Shown: in pieces, positions 37,490 to 49,551 of the stretch
How the letters are laid out: each line of letters starts with the position of its first letter
Position numbering within the stretch: the first letter of the stretch is position 1
Assembly (NCBI GenBank): GCA_010093605.1
Contig: MU004190.1
Coordinates: forward strand, 1,116,001 to 1,180,000
Reading direction: 5' to 3'
Source of the DNA: Lophium mytilinum
Taxonomy: Eukaryota
DNA: 64,000 bases
The notes under the pieces: model-generated
The model's input: the letters and a program-made list of their open reading frames with translations, nothing else
What the model was told of the DNA's origin: nothing
Databases searched by the model: none
Translations under genes and position numbers: made by a program

Positions 37490-38833
37490 CTAATTCTGCA
37501 CCCACTCTTGTCTCCCGCGAGTCTCGTCAGATATCTTTACGTCAGCACTAGTTTGCTCATTGTATCTCGTCTCCAGCACGCTAATCTGACCCCAACAGGC
37601 TTTCCAAAACAAACTGTATCGGTCTTGCCATTCGCGGAGGCGTTGTTTCATCCTGTAAGTTTCGTCGGGCGAAGAATCTCTACTGAATGCGCGAACAACC
37701 TTACATTGTATTGACATCAGAGACCGGTATTTGGAACTCCTATGAAGGTGCGCATATAGTCGGATATTGAAGTAGTTGTTGTCGACCTTGAGAAGAGCTT
37801 CCTTGACAAAATTCACATCCAAGGCCAACACACTTTGCAAGGCCGAGTCGCAGACTGAAAAGGCGCAGGATTCAAATCGTCGTTGAAACTCGGGACCTCC
37901 GTCAGCGAGTAAAGCATCCCAATTTTTGCTTTGCCGAAGGCAGATCATGCTGGCAGCGAGGTCTGCGCCGAACATAGCTACTTTCTCTATCGGCAGGTTT
38001 TTCATCTTATCTATGGCGCGTAGACACCATTCAATTGCTAAAGCGGAAGTTGTGAAGGTAAAGGTAATAGAAGCTAGCGCTCTTCGCCAAAGTGCGTGGT
38101 CCAGTGAGCCGCTAATCTGAAAGCGCGGAAACCCATGTAACGATCTGTTGACGTATGGTTTCAAAAGACGTTCTTGAAACTTGGTAGTGAGGGCGTGCGA
38201 GGCTGAGGAACGGTCGAACAAGTTGAGAACATGCTCGCACTTATCCGTGAAAAACGATTTCGAGAAGTTGGCTTTGGCAAGTGAGTCGCAGAATATATCC
38301 AGGTCGCGGTGGAGGACCATAAATTCCGAGACTGAATCTGATGCGTCGTCTACATACATGCAGTGATGCATCGCATACCCTTTGAAAGCGAGGATATGTT
38401 CTCGGTCCATTGTGATCACTGGGACGTTTATCAGAACTACGGGGTTAACTTGTGTACCATTATATGTAATTCGCACAAAAAGATTCTCTTTCAGCATCAC
38501 ATCATAGGCTTCGTGATAAACCTGTTTTGATACCCTCAGGATTTGAGTTTCGACTGAATGCCTGACTTTTCGAGCGTTGCGAGGAAATTTGCTATCGTGG
38601 CTCCCTTTTGGGAAGTGCACCCTTTCGGTGAAGGAAAACCATAGTTTCTCCGGACGGTCATGAGGTTTGAAGGTGCATAAGAGGTTCTTAAAAATCTCGT
38701 TTCGGATCTCAGGTGGTAGGTCGAGGAATCGAAATGTGTCTATGTGAGATTGTGCTGGTTGCATGCGTAGAACTGAAATTGGATCGACAAATCTGGGCGG
38801 AGAGCTGGCCTGGTTGTGTAGAGATCGTCGCAT
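37490..38833 (-). CDS. Hypothetical protein with N-terminal F-box-like/2EXR-like motif (paralogue B)
   Basis: FRFLDLPPEIRNEIFKNLL, ILRVSKQVYHEAYDVMLKENLFVRI; co-linear with 34295-35431. Start may be the later MQPAQS. Confidence 0.75.
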   Translation of the reverse strand: MRRSLHNQASSPPRFVDPISVLRMQPAQSHIDTFRFLDLPPEIRNEIFKNLLCTFKPHDRPEKLWFSFTERVHFPKGSHDSKFPRNARKVRHSVETQILRVSKQVYHEAYDVMLKENLFVRITYNGTQVNPVVLINVPVITMDREHILAFKGYAMHHCMYVDDASDSVSEFMVLHRDLDIFCDSLAKANFSKSFFTDKCEHVLNLFDRSSASHALTTKFQERLLKPYVNRSLHGFPRFQISGSLDHALWRRALASITFTFTTSALAIEWCLRAIDKMKNLPIEKVAMFGADLAASMICLRQSKNWDALLADGGPEFQRRFESCAFSVCDSALQSVLALDVNFVKEALLKVDNNYFNIRLYAHLHRSSKYRSLMSIQCKVVRAFSRDSSPDETYRMKQRLREWQDRYSLFWKACWGQISVLETRYNEQTSADVKISDETRGRQEWVQN

Positions 38834-39325
38834 TGGAGGAAATCCAGCATAGAGAGCGGTGGATGCGAATCGGTGCGTAGATGAGAGGGCGGAGGCGTGA
38901 CGCGGGACGCTTGTAATACGGTGCAGCTCCTTATGTCATGAGCGGTAGACGGGCTTTGGATTTCAATCGATATAGAGTCGGCGATCCGGGTTTTGAGCTG
39001 TGAACGATGCCGTGCGGTGGGTGGTGAACAGATGTGACATGGATGGAGATTTCGGCTGACTAACACCCAGGCTAAATGCATGTGGTCGACACTCGTGTTA
39101 AACTACGACAAAACAAAACCAGGACTTTGACTGTCAGGATTAGATAGGATGGTACTATGGATCTGATAATTCGATAGAAACTGGCTTTGATACACGTGCA
39201 ACAATTCTACTTCACAAGATAGTAGAATTCACACCTAGTCGACCAGTAGTATTTCGCTATGTTGCGTACTCAATATGTCGCAGCGGAATGTTGATAGTTG
39301 CAATCTATGGTATCATGTTATGGCC

Positions 39326-40730
39326 TCATTCCTCCTCCGTCTCATCACTATCATCACTACCCCCGAGGTCCAACACGATTGAACTTTGTGGTGGTTCTTG
39401 CTCAGGCATCCTGCTCCTAGCCCTTGATGCTAAACTTGTACTTGCTTGTGCCGGGTGGACTGGATTCGATACGAGTGACTCTGCACGTTGCATCGAGGAG
39501 CCTGAAGGCCGGTCGGTCGCGTCAACGTCGTCTTCGTCGTCTGATGCTTGATCTTTTGCTTTCCGCAGGCGTTCGATCATGCGGAGAAGAACGGGATTGA
39601 CCTTGAGGTCTGCTGCAGAGAGCATCTACAAGAATGGCAATTAGAGTGGGAACCTTTTCAGTGCACCTTGAGCTACTTGCCTTGTCACATCCAGACACTG
39701 GGCATTGAACCACCTTCTGTCCTGTACCCATTCTTGCACCGCTGCTATTGATCATTCCCATGATTGCTTCTCTCTCAAAGCTATGTGGGCATTTGCTGCT
39801 AGACACAGGATCCTTGAATTCCCTAAGTGTGAGCGGGCATTTTGTACTGATACTGTCCTTCGCTATCATGACATCGTCGTCATCGTCATCTCCAGCAGTA
39901 GCACCCACTGTGACCCCAAGCGCGGGTTCACCTCTTTCGGTGAACCAAGTAGAGGCATGTGGAAGAAGAATGTCTCCGCCTGGGTGCTGAGCGTCATGAA
40001 CAATCTGACGAAATCCGATGTATGAGTTGTTCTCGGCATAGCGTGCTGAATTCGATGCCACTTGCCACCTATCCTTCTTCTCTTGCAGCCTGTTCTTGAA
40101 CAGCTTGCTTGGCCCGGTGATCTCAATGCCCTCCATATTTAGCGGCGTTGGGCCCGGGCTATCATACTCTTCCTCGTCCTCCATGTCCTCATCCTCGTCA
40201 TCTTCGCCGGATCCTCCAGCCCTGCCACTCCTCCTACCCTGCCGCCTATGCTGGCTCCTCTGGGTCAACTGGGTCTGGCTCTCAGCCTGTGTCAGCCGCA
40301 GCGCATTCTGCCTCAGATACTGAACGCCCTCCTCCATATCTTCCACAATGACCTTCCCGTCAATGGCCTTGCGCATAGCCGCCTCCATCTTTTTCGTCAT
40401 GCCGTCGACAGTCTCTTTCATCTGTTCCAATTCCTCATCTGTGTCCTCTTCGTCCAATCCTTTCCTTGCGCGACGCGCTTTCCGCTGTGTAGCTTGCTCC
40501 TGTCGCGTGTATAGAACGTCATTCACCTCGCCTGCGCCTTTGGGAATCAAGGTTTCGATTTTGGCGTAGTGGCCTTTCAATTTGGCCAATGAGTTGTTGT
40601 AGGCGAGGGTAGCGAGGGCTTGCTGTGCGCTCATGGAGAGGGGATGCGAGGGCTGTTGGTAGGGCGGGAGGGTGGTAGCGGCAGAGGGAGCGCCTGACGG
40701 GCGGCCTGATTGGCGTTGACGAGATGACAT
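39326..40730 (-). CDS. MMS21: Smc5/6 SUMO E3 ligase Nse2/Mms21 (SP-RING)
   Basis: ARYAENNSYIGFRQIVHDAQHP, ISTKCPLTL...PVSSSKCPHSFEREAI...CPVSGC; GC-AG intron 39626-39680. Confidence 0.88.
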
Positions 40731-41663
40731 TTTGTCGAGTACCTTTCTAAGAGGAGTTGGAGGGTTGGACGGAGTATTGCTGTGGTCAAGACGAAGGGTG
40801 GGGTGGATGAAATCTTGGGAGACGCGAACAAAACACGCTAATTCGGTCTCACGTGATCAATTATCACCATACACTGTTTTCCGCATGTGAAATGTGAGAA
40901 CAGCGAATTTTCACTTTCAAATTCGCTTAGTTGTTCCTAGCAACGAAAGGTTAATCCATCGTGGCACTGAGAAAGCATTGGAGGCATCATCCTCTATAGT
41001 TCTAGGACTAGCTGAGTCCAATTCCCTCGAGCATTTCCCAAATTCATTCCCTGTCAGCCCTCCATCCCCACGCATCACCTGGGAATGGCCCCCAATTTGA
41101 ACTCCGGCCACCCATACAGGCAGAACTAGGGACACCCCGCGGGGCATAGCAGATCAGATCCTTCTCAGTGAAATAGCACAGCCACAAAGACGTTGTGACG
41201 TTGGATCCAAAGAGACTTCATGCCGCTCTTGCTAATATTAGGCAACATGGCGGGTTCCCGATAAGTATCCTTGAAAACTATGCCACAGTGGAAGAAGTCC
41301 GCGGTCATCATCACTTACACCTTCGTTCTTAGGATGCCGGAGTGGCACTCTTTGCTTCCAACGCTCAGAACATAAAGCCAACGGATACGAGACAAGAGAC
41401 TAAACTTGCAGCATGCATCCGATCGTCTTCCCTTCTTGGGCCGCCCTGCATCTAGATGGTGGCACTCTGTCAGTACAACCTTGTCCCATACTATGGGCCC
41501 ATGTAGGTGGGGTAGTGGTGCCCCTTGTTTCGCAAGTCTATCCCCGAGATATATCTGTATAGATAGCTCCATAGTGCAGCTATTTTGCAATTGATCAGTA
41601 CACCCTCTTCATATCTTCCACGATCTTCAAATTGAGCAACTTTCAAACTCTTTCCGTTCCACG

Positions 41664-42752
41664 ATGGCTGAGAATGAGGTCGTCATGCGAGGTGATGGGA
41701 ACTATAACAAAAACTCCTCTCTCCAACAAGTCGCCGTCCTCCCGGCCCTCTCACTCCTGCCTTCCCTCGCTACACACAACACCTCCGTAATCGTAGACTA
41801 CGGCTGTTCCCAAGGCAGTAGTTCCATCATCCCCCTCAAAGCCCTCCTCGCCACCATCCCCTCCGGTTCCAGCGTCGAGCTCATCTTCAACGACCGCCCA
41901 GAGAACGACTTCACAACCCTTAGCCGCACTATCAAAGACCGCGAAACCGACTTGAACCGCAATGGCGAGCTCCTCGCTTTCCCGTCCATGGTCCCGGTCA
42001 GCTACTTCAACCAGATTGTCCCTGACAATACCGTCGATGTCGGCATGGCCTGGTCCACACTCAACTACCTCGAAACGCAGCTGCCGCTCGCGCCAACCGC
42101 CGACCTACGCGAGATGGCACAACTGCGTGCTAGCCGTAATGTCAAGCAAGGCCACGCCGATCTCGTGAAAGTGCTCACGTTACGCGCGAAAGAGAGCAAA
42201 AAAGGCGGTGTCTTCATTGCCGGTACGAGCGCCCGGCCGAGCGGCGAAGGCTCGCATATCGCGAGTATCATTATAGGGCTTATGATGGGGCCGATTGGTG
42301 CGATGGTGGCGGCCGGGCGGATGACGCCGCAGAATATCATGGCGATGGATCCGCCGGCGCATGAGCGGGCGATTGAGGAGGTTCAAGGAGTGTTTGAGGA
42401 GGTCAAAGAGCTCTGGACTGTGGAGAGCTGCTTTGAGAAGACGATTGTGCATCCGGCGTATGAATGGTTGGTGGAGGAGCTGAAAAAGGATGATGGGAGT
42501 GGGAAGGAGGGTTTGAGGCGGGAGTTTGCGACGAGGATTGTGGATTGGATACTTGCTGCTTTTGCAGGCTTCTTTGTGAAGGCGTTGAGATCGGGGGATG
42601 AGAAGAGCAGCGATGATGTGACTGTGATGTCGGAGCGAGAGGAAGGAATACTTGAGGACCTGAGGCAGGGGATGATTAAGAGGGTTCTTGAGGATGACAA
42701 GGATAATATCTGGCAAGTAGCTTACATCTACTTCAAGTTGGTAAGGAAGTAG
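41664..42752 (+). CDS. SAM-dependent carboxyl methyltransferase (SABATH/Methyltransf_7-like)
   Basis: MRGDGNYNKNSSLQ, IVDYGCSQGSSS, FNDRPENDFTTL, SYFNQIVP..TVDVG, L.LRAKE.K.GG; intronless. Confidence 0.88.
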   Translation: MAENEVVMRGDGNYNKNSSLQQVAVLPALSLLPSLATHNTSVIVDYGCSQGSSSIIPLKALLATIPSGSSVELIFNDRPENDFTTLSRTIKDRETDLNRNGELLAFPSMVPVSYFNQIVPDNTVDVGMAWSTLNYLETQLPLAPTADLREMAQLRASRNVKQGHADLVKVLTLRAKESKKGGVFIAGTSARPSGEGSHIASIIIGLMMGPIGAMVAAGRMTPQNIMAMDPPAHERAIEEVQGVFEEVKELWTVESCFEKTIVHPAYEWLVEELKKDDGSGKEGLRREFATRIVDWILAAFAGFFVKALRSGDEKSSDDVTVMSEREEGILEDLRQGMIKRVLEDDKDNIWQVAYIYFKLVRK

Positions 42753-42904
42753 AACGTTGCGGCTCTTACACATTAGGCGAAATATAAGGGTTTTGAAGGA
42801 AGATCGGACAGGCTTTTAATTCGTCCCAATACTGTACATTTGTCGATATGATACATACAGAGATCACAATTCATGGGCCCAATGTACAGCCATGCCTCTT
42901 GCAT

Positions 42905-43745
42905 CTACTTGATCTTCTTGTTCTTCAGCTTGATCGTCTCCCCGTTGACGAATATGCCCTTGCCCTTGTACGGCTCCGGTTTCCTCCACATGCGAATCTT
43001 CGCCGCGAACTGCATCACGACCTCCCTCTCAATCCCTTCTAATAGAAGTCGTGTTGGCTGTGGTGTGCTTGCTGTGACTCCCTTTGGTATGCCCAACTCG
43101 ACAGGATGCGAATAGCCCACTTTCAGATTCACGAATTGCTGTCCGGGGTATTCAGGCTCAACGGTGGTCGCGGTAGGTTCGACGGTCGCACGGTAACCGA
43201 CACCGACCATCCGGAGGATAGCGGAATGGCCTTCCGAGACGCCTAGTATGTGGTTTTGGAGATATGCGCGAGTTGTTCCTGGGATGTATCAGCCTAGCTT
43301 CCTTCTCGTTCGTCCTGGCGGTCTACGCACCCCACATCGCCTTTTGCTTTGCCTCCTCCGTGTTCTCTATAGACAAAACTGGCGCCGGTGTGCTTCGATC
43401 GATAGTAATAAAAGGTGGTATGGGCATGGATATTTCTCCTATACACAATTAGAATCAACCTTCACATCTCTGGAGTGTCTTCCTACCCAATGGCCCTTTG
43501 ATCTCCACAACTCGGTATGGCTGTGCACGACCGTGTTTCCCAATGGACATCATCTTCGGAGAGAGGATATTGAAGGTGACTTCAGGTGGAATTGACAACG
43601 GCGCTGAACCGATCTTGGAGAGGCATGACGGGGTCGTTGAAAACGTTCTCGATCTCGCTGGAGCTTGGAAGGCCGGGAGGAGGAAAGAGGGTAATGATTC
43701 ATAGTTCGAATATGAGGCAACGCGCCGTCGAGCTGGGCCTAACAT
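42905..43745 (-). CDS. MRPL6: Mitochondrial large-subunit ribosomal protein uL6m
   Basis: Presequence; SKIGSAPL, IKGPLG, MWGTTRAYLQNHILGVSEGH, LKVGYSHPVEL, WRKPEPYKGKGIF; two introns. Confidence 0.95.
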
Positions 43746-44772
43746 GATTGCTGGATAAAGGGCTTCTGCGCGAAGTTCGGTGGTGAACTTTTGGCCGGCG
43801 AGTTTCCCTGTCGCGCTAGGAAGCTTGGCGTGCATAAGTACCTTCACAGCTTTCGATATATTGGATGCTCTGAAGCATTTTGCTCGATTTTTTCTCGACA
43901 TGCTGAGGGCCTTCAGACGGTGGCAAAGCAGAGTACGCTGGAACTGTGATTGTAGCTAGATTTGAAGTCTGATTCTTGAATAAAATTCAAACCACCTAAT
44001 TTAGAAGCTTTGGAAATGGAATATTGCTCGGATTCTTTCCGCACCATTGAGGCACCTCACACGGCGGTAACACAGCTGCATAATCGTTGGAGACAGGTTC
44101 TAATTTCGAAGCATAGTTTGGAGGACAGTGCAAATCAGGGCACACAGAAAATAGATTTGGGGCTTCGATTCACGCGGTTAAGCGCTTCATGCGCATGTGA
44201 GTTAATGTACACATATGTAAAATAATAGGAGTCTAATTTAAAGGCTCGTAAACTTAACATTGAATATATATATTTACAGATGCGCAGGAAGTCCTTCGAG
44301 GCTCTCAATACACTGTCAAAATTGACATAGGTTTGTGCAGATTTGTGCATGCCAAGCCTATGGTTCGCGCTAGTGACGGCCCGTGCAACTCAAACCTCAC
44401 TTCGTCTCGAGCCGCTTCCGAACTTCTTCCTCCAACACCACACCTCGTCCGCCGTTGCCGCGCCCAACAGCGCCTATTCGTGCCTAAGACTAACCCTCTG
44501 TGCAGCCATCTGGTGCTTCTTCTTGAAGAAACGCGTTCCAATTGCTGGAACTCTGACCGCAAGACTAACGCCTCCGATTAACGCCCTCAACAGCAACCAC
44601 AACGCGTGAACCAACAGTGAGCTCGTAGAAGGTACTGTCAACTGGCCTCACTGCGATGAACCTCGCTATGTCTTTCCAGCAGCCACTCTTTTCCTTGCTC
44701 TCTTTCATTACATCTACCACAATCTGGCCTTCAAAACGACTAATTGCAAGTAGAACTACAGCAAGCTTCAAG

Positions 44773-46810
44773 ATGAAGCTCTACGCGTGGTCACTAATGC
44801 TGACAATGCTGACGACACTGCTCATTGGAACCACCATTGGGCACCAATCCGTCATGGACATCGAGGGTCAGTCAGCCAATGTGAACCCTCAAGGCAAGTA
44901 TCTTCTCACTCTTTCTACAGGAATCCCGTCAGATTTGGCATCAAAGCTGCAACATCCACCCGTTCAACGCCAGGAGCTGCTCTCTCAAGCCCTGCGAATC
45001 ATACACTCCGTCGAATCATCTTCATCATGCAACCGGCTAGCAGCCCTCAACCTCATCAATTCCTGTCAGTCCCTGGAAACGTCGCCAAAAGGATCCAATA
45101 CGGCAGGCATGAACTCCGACCTCGGCCTCGACGAAGTAAAATCGGAGTACGCAGCTCGATTGGCGGTCTGTGAGCTCATCGGTGCCGGCGCCAACATCCC
45201 AGGCATTTGCGCCATCTTCGTCCCTTCGGCCAAGGCATGTGTCAAATACCGCTTCACTGGCTTTTGGGCCCGAAATGACCATCAATCCGAGACGCAGGAC
45301 ACTTTGTGCTATCCCCAGGCCACTCCCTCGCAATTCGTAGGATGTCTTAAAGCTCTGGAAGCGAGGCCGCAGTATTGGACTTCTTACAGCAACGCTAGAC
45401 AAAACGCCGTGGTCATGTGCCAAGCGAGCAGAGACGCTATAGAGAAAGGTACGTGCGATACTTTTTAACGATCTGCTTAGACTCTCCTGCCGCTATCTGA
45501 AGTGCGTCCGGGCGTTCTTCAACTTCTGAACTTCCTGGCATTTCATCGTTTTGAATGACAGGTGACCTTGTCAGGACACCTCAAGGAGCGGCAGATCGAT
45601 GTTCACACTAGAGAGCTTGATTCTCGGGTTTATGCTGACATTGCACAGACGAGAAGATAGCTCTTTACCGATCGCTAGCGGACGCGACAACCAACATCGC
45701 ATCTGCACTCGCAGAGTCCATCCGGGAAGCCCAAGCCCAGCTTGACAAGCAAAAGGCGTTCATCGAGCAAATCAGAGCATCCGAAGCACAGGCCTTCGAC
45801 GAGTTCCGAAAAGGTCATGAGAACTCACTCTCCGCTCTTGATAGCGTCAGTCAGACAGCTCAATCTGTGATTGACATGGTATTCCGAGCCTTCAAGGGCG
45901 CAGGAGCCGAGGCGGTAGAGCTACATGAGGTATTTATCTTCCAATCATGTCACAGGCAGAGATTTCGCTGACATGCCAACAGGCCATCCACAAGTCGAAA
46001 GAGAGCATTCTCGACATGCACAAGGAGGTCGCCATCGCACATTCAGAGAACACCGAAGTTGCCTTAGTAGCCAAACATGCTCTATTTGAGGTATACACCG
46101 CTTTAGGTGGGCTTCAAGACGGGCTGGCAAGTTACCTTATTCGTCCTAGACAGTACCGCAGCTAATGAAATTTAATCAGCGGACCTCTTCGGAGCTTATG
46201 GCAGACATGTCCGAACGCCAAACTCTCCTAGACGAAGTAAGCCCGCCCTGTACATCTTTGTCTCAACCATTCCTCTCTAACTCCATGCAGCATTTAAATA
46301 TGACGTTCGAAAACCTCATGACTGCCGTGGAAGAGACCACAGAGAGAATCCAGCGCATCAGCATCTTCGGTGGATTCGGCGTTTCCAACTCTAGGTTTGG
46401 TGTCATTCTCCTAATCGTGGGCACCTGGTCCTGGTTTGCTAGTAGTAAGGTGGCTGGCGTTTTCGCAATCCTTTACGGTAAGATACACTTTCATCGAGAT
46501 TCTCAGGGACTTTCTAACGTTCATTACAGGGGTTTTCTTGGTCCTCTGCAGCGTTGTAGCATCTCCCTGGTTCCACTATGCACTCGACAAGGCCTACTAC
46601 CTGGCTCAACATCCGGCGGCGATCCCAGTACTAGTACTTTTATTGGCCGTGGGATTCATTTGCTACCTCTCTTCGTTCGTTTATCGCACCACAGACGACG
46701 ACGGAAATGTGGGTTACATGATCAAACCCGATCCCGCAGTCCTACCAACATCCCATCCTAGGCCAGTTCGTCATTATTCCATCCTCAAGACACTACGACT
46801 ATACCGTTAA
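44773..46810 (+). CDS. KAR5: Nuclear membrane fusion protein, Kar5/Tht1 family
   Basis: Signal peptide; Cys-rich SCNRLAA..L..SC, YAARLAVCEL, CLKALEARPQYWTSYSNARQNAVVMCQASR; coiled-coil exons and C-terminal TM segments. About 5 introns, including GC-AG 46127-46179. Confidence 0.8.
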
Positions 46811-47089
46811 TGACCCGACCTACTATGTCGACATATACTACGACACCTCACATACCTCCTGCACATACAATTCATTTCATTCCAATTTTCTTTCACGAAT
46901 GACCAGCATATACAGCATCCGGGGGGCACTTGCATGGCGTTAGCAACAGGCAAACTAGGCGTAACTAGGAAGCGATATGGAGCGTGGGAGTTTTTCGGAT
47001 TCATGATACCCTCGAATTAGCGGAGGAACTGCATGCCTAAATGGCATATAGGAATTTCAGCACTTCTTCATGAGAAACTTGCATCGTGT

Positions 47090-48045
47090 GTGCCACTGTA
47101 AGGGGTTCCCCCGTGACTGGGAAATTTGGAGATGATGTAAAGCTCAGTCCGTTGTGATTTGGGCTTCGCTTAAACACACCTTGTCCCCGCTGTTGGAAGT
47201 GCTCCGATGAGCCGTAAAATGCTTGAAATTATGTAGGCTTCACATGATCAAGAATCGGGCGCTGGTAGAGTTGCGATTTACAGCTGTCTTGTCACTGTTG
47301 GAAGTGCCTTGATGAAATATGAAAATCCAGGATAAAATGTCAGATTCACCACACTGTATTTCAGGTCCTAATCAAACTCATTCTTTGGAAGGCGGTTACT
47401 GCTGCATGAGGTGCCCTAATAGCCTATAAAATTTAGGATGCGATGTCAAGGTTAACGCACTGTAAATTGAACTGCTTTCTACACACTCGTTCAAACACTG
47501 CTTAAATCTAATGCTGGGTATCATGAGCTGCGAACTAGGCTGCAATCTCGATCGCTTTTCTACACTCTTGCCGCCGTTAGAGGTGTCTTAACGAGCCGTA
47601 GAATCTAGGATACAATGTCAAAGTTATTATGCTGTGAATTGAGCTACTATCTGCGCACTTGTTTATTTGCTGTTAGAAGCTGGTGTTTGGTCTTGTGCGC
47701 TGTGGATTAGACGTGGTTTCGAGCGGCTTTTCTGGGGGGTTGAGACTGTTAGAGGTGCCCTGATAGGCTACTGGAGCTGGGGATAGGATGGGAAAGCTAC
47801 ACGCTGCGAATGGGATGCGTTTCAACGGACTTCGTTTAAGAATCTTGATGTGTGCTGTCTACTTCCTGTGGTTGTAAATTAGACCATCGTTGATTTGCTT
47901 TTGGCGCGCTTATGGCACTGTTAGGAGTGCCTCAACCTGGACGTCCGAGTTTGGAAGGACGTAACGCTCGCAAGGCTTCAGATGAGGTCGGTGGTAAGAG
48001 AATTAGATGGGGCTCATATACCACTGTCAGGAGTACTCCGGCACC
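47090..48045. repeat. Degenerate non-coding tandem array, 8 cores with ~105- and 172-bp spacing
   Basis: Core c(a/g)ctgtt(a/g)g(a/g)(a/g)gtgcc-like starts at 47096, 47190, 47295, 47402, 47574, 47746, 47918 and 48024. Confidence 0.75.
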
Positions 48046-48128
48046 TCAGAAAAAACCGCAGCAAAGCTCTTCGAAAGGAGTCTAATTAACGACCTCTAAT
48101 CTTTACTCTATCATCCCACATAGTCTCC

Positions 48129-49551
48129 CTATTTCCCACTCTTCTTCCCCCTCCCCCCAAAACCCCACCTAATCTGATTCGCCCACTGACAAACCACCCC
48201 CAAATCATCCGCCCACGCCCACACCAACCCCGGATTCTTCTGAAACATCCTCCCCGCAATCGCCAGATCCAAATCATCATCAACCAGCAGTTTCTCCGCC
48301 TGCTTCCCCTCCGTAATCGTCCCCACAGTACCTACCAGTAGCTTATCCCCAAGCTTGTCCTTCACCGCCTTTGCAAAGGGAGCTTGATACCCCGGCCCCC
48401 CCTTAATCTGCTGCTTCTCATGCAAACCCCCGGACGACGTATCCAGCAGATCCACCCCGCGCTCCGCGAGGATCTCCGCCAGCCGCACCGTTTCGGGGAC
48501 CGTCCAGCCAGTAACGTCGGTCTCCTCGAGCCAGTCGGTCGCGGAGATGCGCAGGAAGAGCGGCATGGAGTCTGGGATGGTTGCGCGCGCGATATCGACG
48601 ATTTCGAGCGTCAGGCGCGTGCGGTTCTCGAAGGAGCCGCCGTACTGGTCGGTGCGGTGATTGGAGGCGGGCGAGATGAAGGTGTGTAAGAGGTAGCCGT
48701 GGGCGTTGTGGATCTCGATGGCGTCGAAGCCCGCGGTGAGGGCGCGTTGGATGGAGGCTTTGAAGGCGGCTTTGAAATCGGCGATGTCGTCGAGGGTCAT
48801 GGCTTTCGGGGTCGCGTGTTTGGGGTTGTAGGGGATTGCGCTGGGGCCGTAGACGTTGTCGGGCCAGCCGTTAAGCTTGGGGGTGTTAGGAATGGTTGGG
48901 AGGAGGGAAGAAGAAGGGGAACGTACTTCGACGGGAGCAACGTCGCCGGCTGATAGCCAGGGGGCGACGGTGCTGGCTTTGCGGCCGGCGTGGCCGAGCT
49001 GGATTCCCATCTTCTGGCCCTGGCTGTGGGCGAATTCGACGATCTTTTTCAGTGGCTCGATCTGGGAGTCTTTCCAGAGTCCGCTGTCTTCGGGTGTGAT
49101 GCGGCCTTCGGCTTGGACGGCGGTGGCTTCGACGAAGGCAATTCCAGGGCCACGTTGAATAATACCCCCGAGGTGGGTGAAATGCCAGGCTGTGTGGTGG
49201 CCGTCTTCAGCGGAGTACTGGCAGAGGGGAGAGAGCTGGGGATTTATTAGCTCTGGAGACGAGAGTGAGGGGGATGGGGGAAGAAGCACCATAACGCGGT
49301 TGTGCAGAGTAAGGCCCCTAATCTTCAAGGGCGTGAAGAGCTTAGGAATCTTCTCTCCCTCATCCTTCATGTGAAGAGCGGTGCCAGCTGGAGGGAGCTG
49401 TGCGGGCGTGAAATAGGAAACCTGAATTTAATTGGTCAATATCTGCTTGCGGTTCCAATTGACAGAGAGCTCTTACCCCAGCCGCTGCGCGATTGGTGAT
49501 ATGGTTCTCTTCTTCAACCGCAGCTGTAACACCGTGGTGGGGGTTCGCCAT
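48129..49551 (-). CDS. NADH:flavin oxidoreductase / Old Yellow Enzyme (YqjM-like class)
   Basis: SYFTPAQ, LFTPLKIRG, SPLCQYSA, EATAVQAEGRITPEDSGLW, QLGHAGRKAS, EIHNAHGYLLH, RTDQYGGSFENR; three introns, two of them in-frame and stopless. Confidence 0.95.

Noticed and set aside
44894..44920. Possible GC-AG micro-intron in KAR5-like exon 1
   Set aside because: Only ~27 nt, in frame, without a clear branch point; not needed for the gene model.
47090..48045. CRISPR-like reading of the repeat array
   Set aside because: Eukaryotic locus, highly degenerate repeats, inter-core sequences similar to each other, no cas genes.
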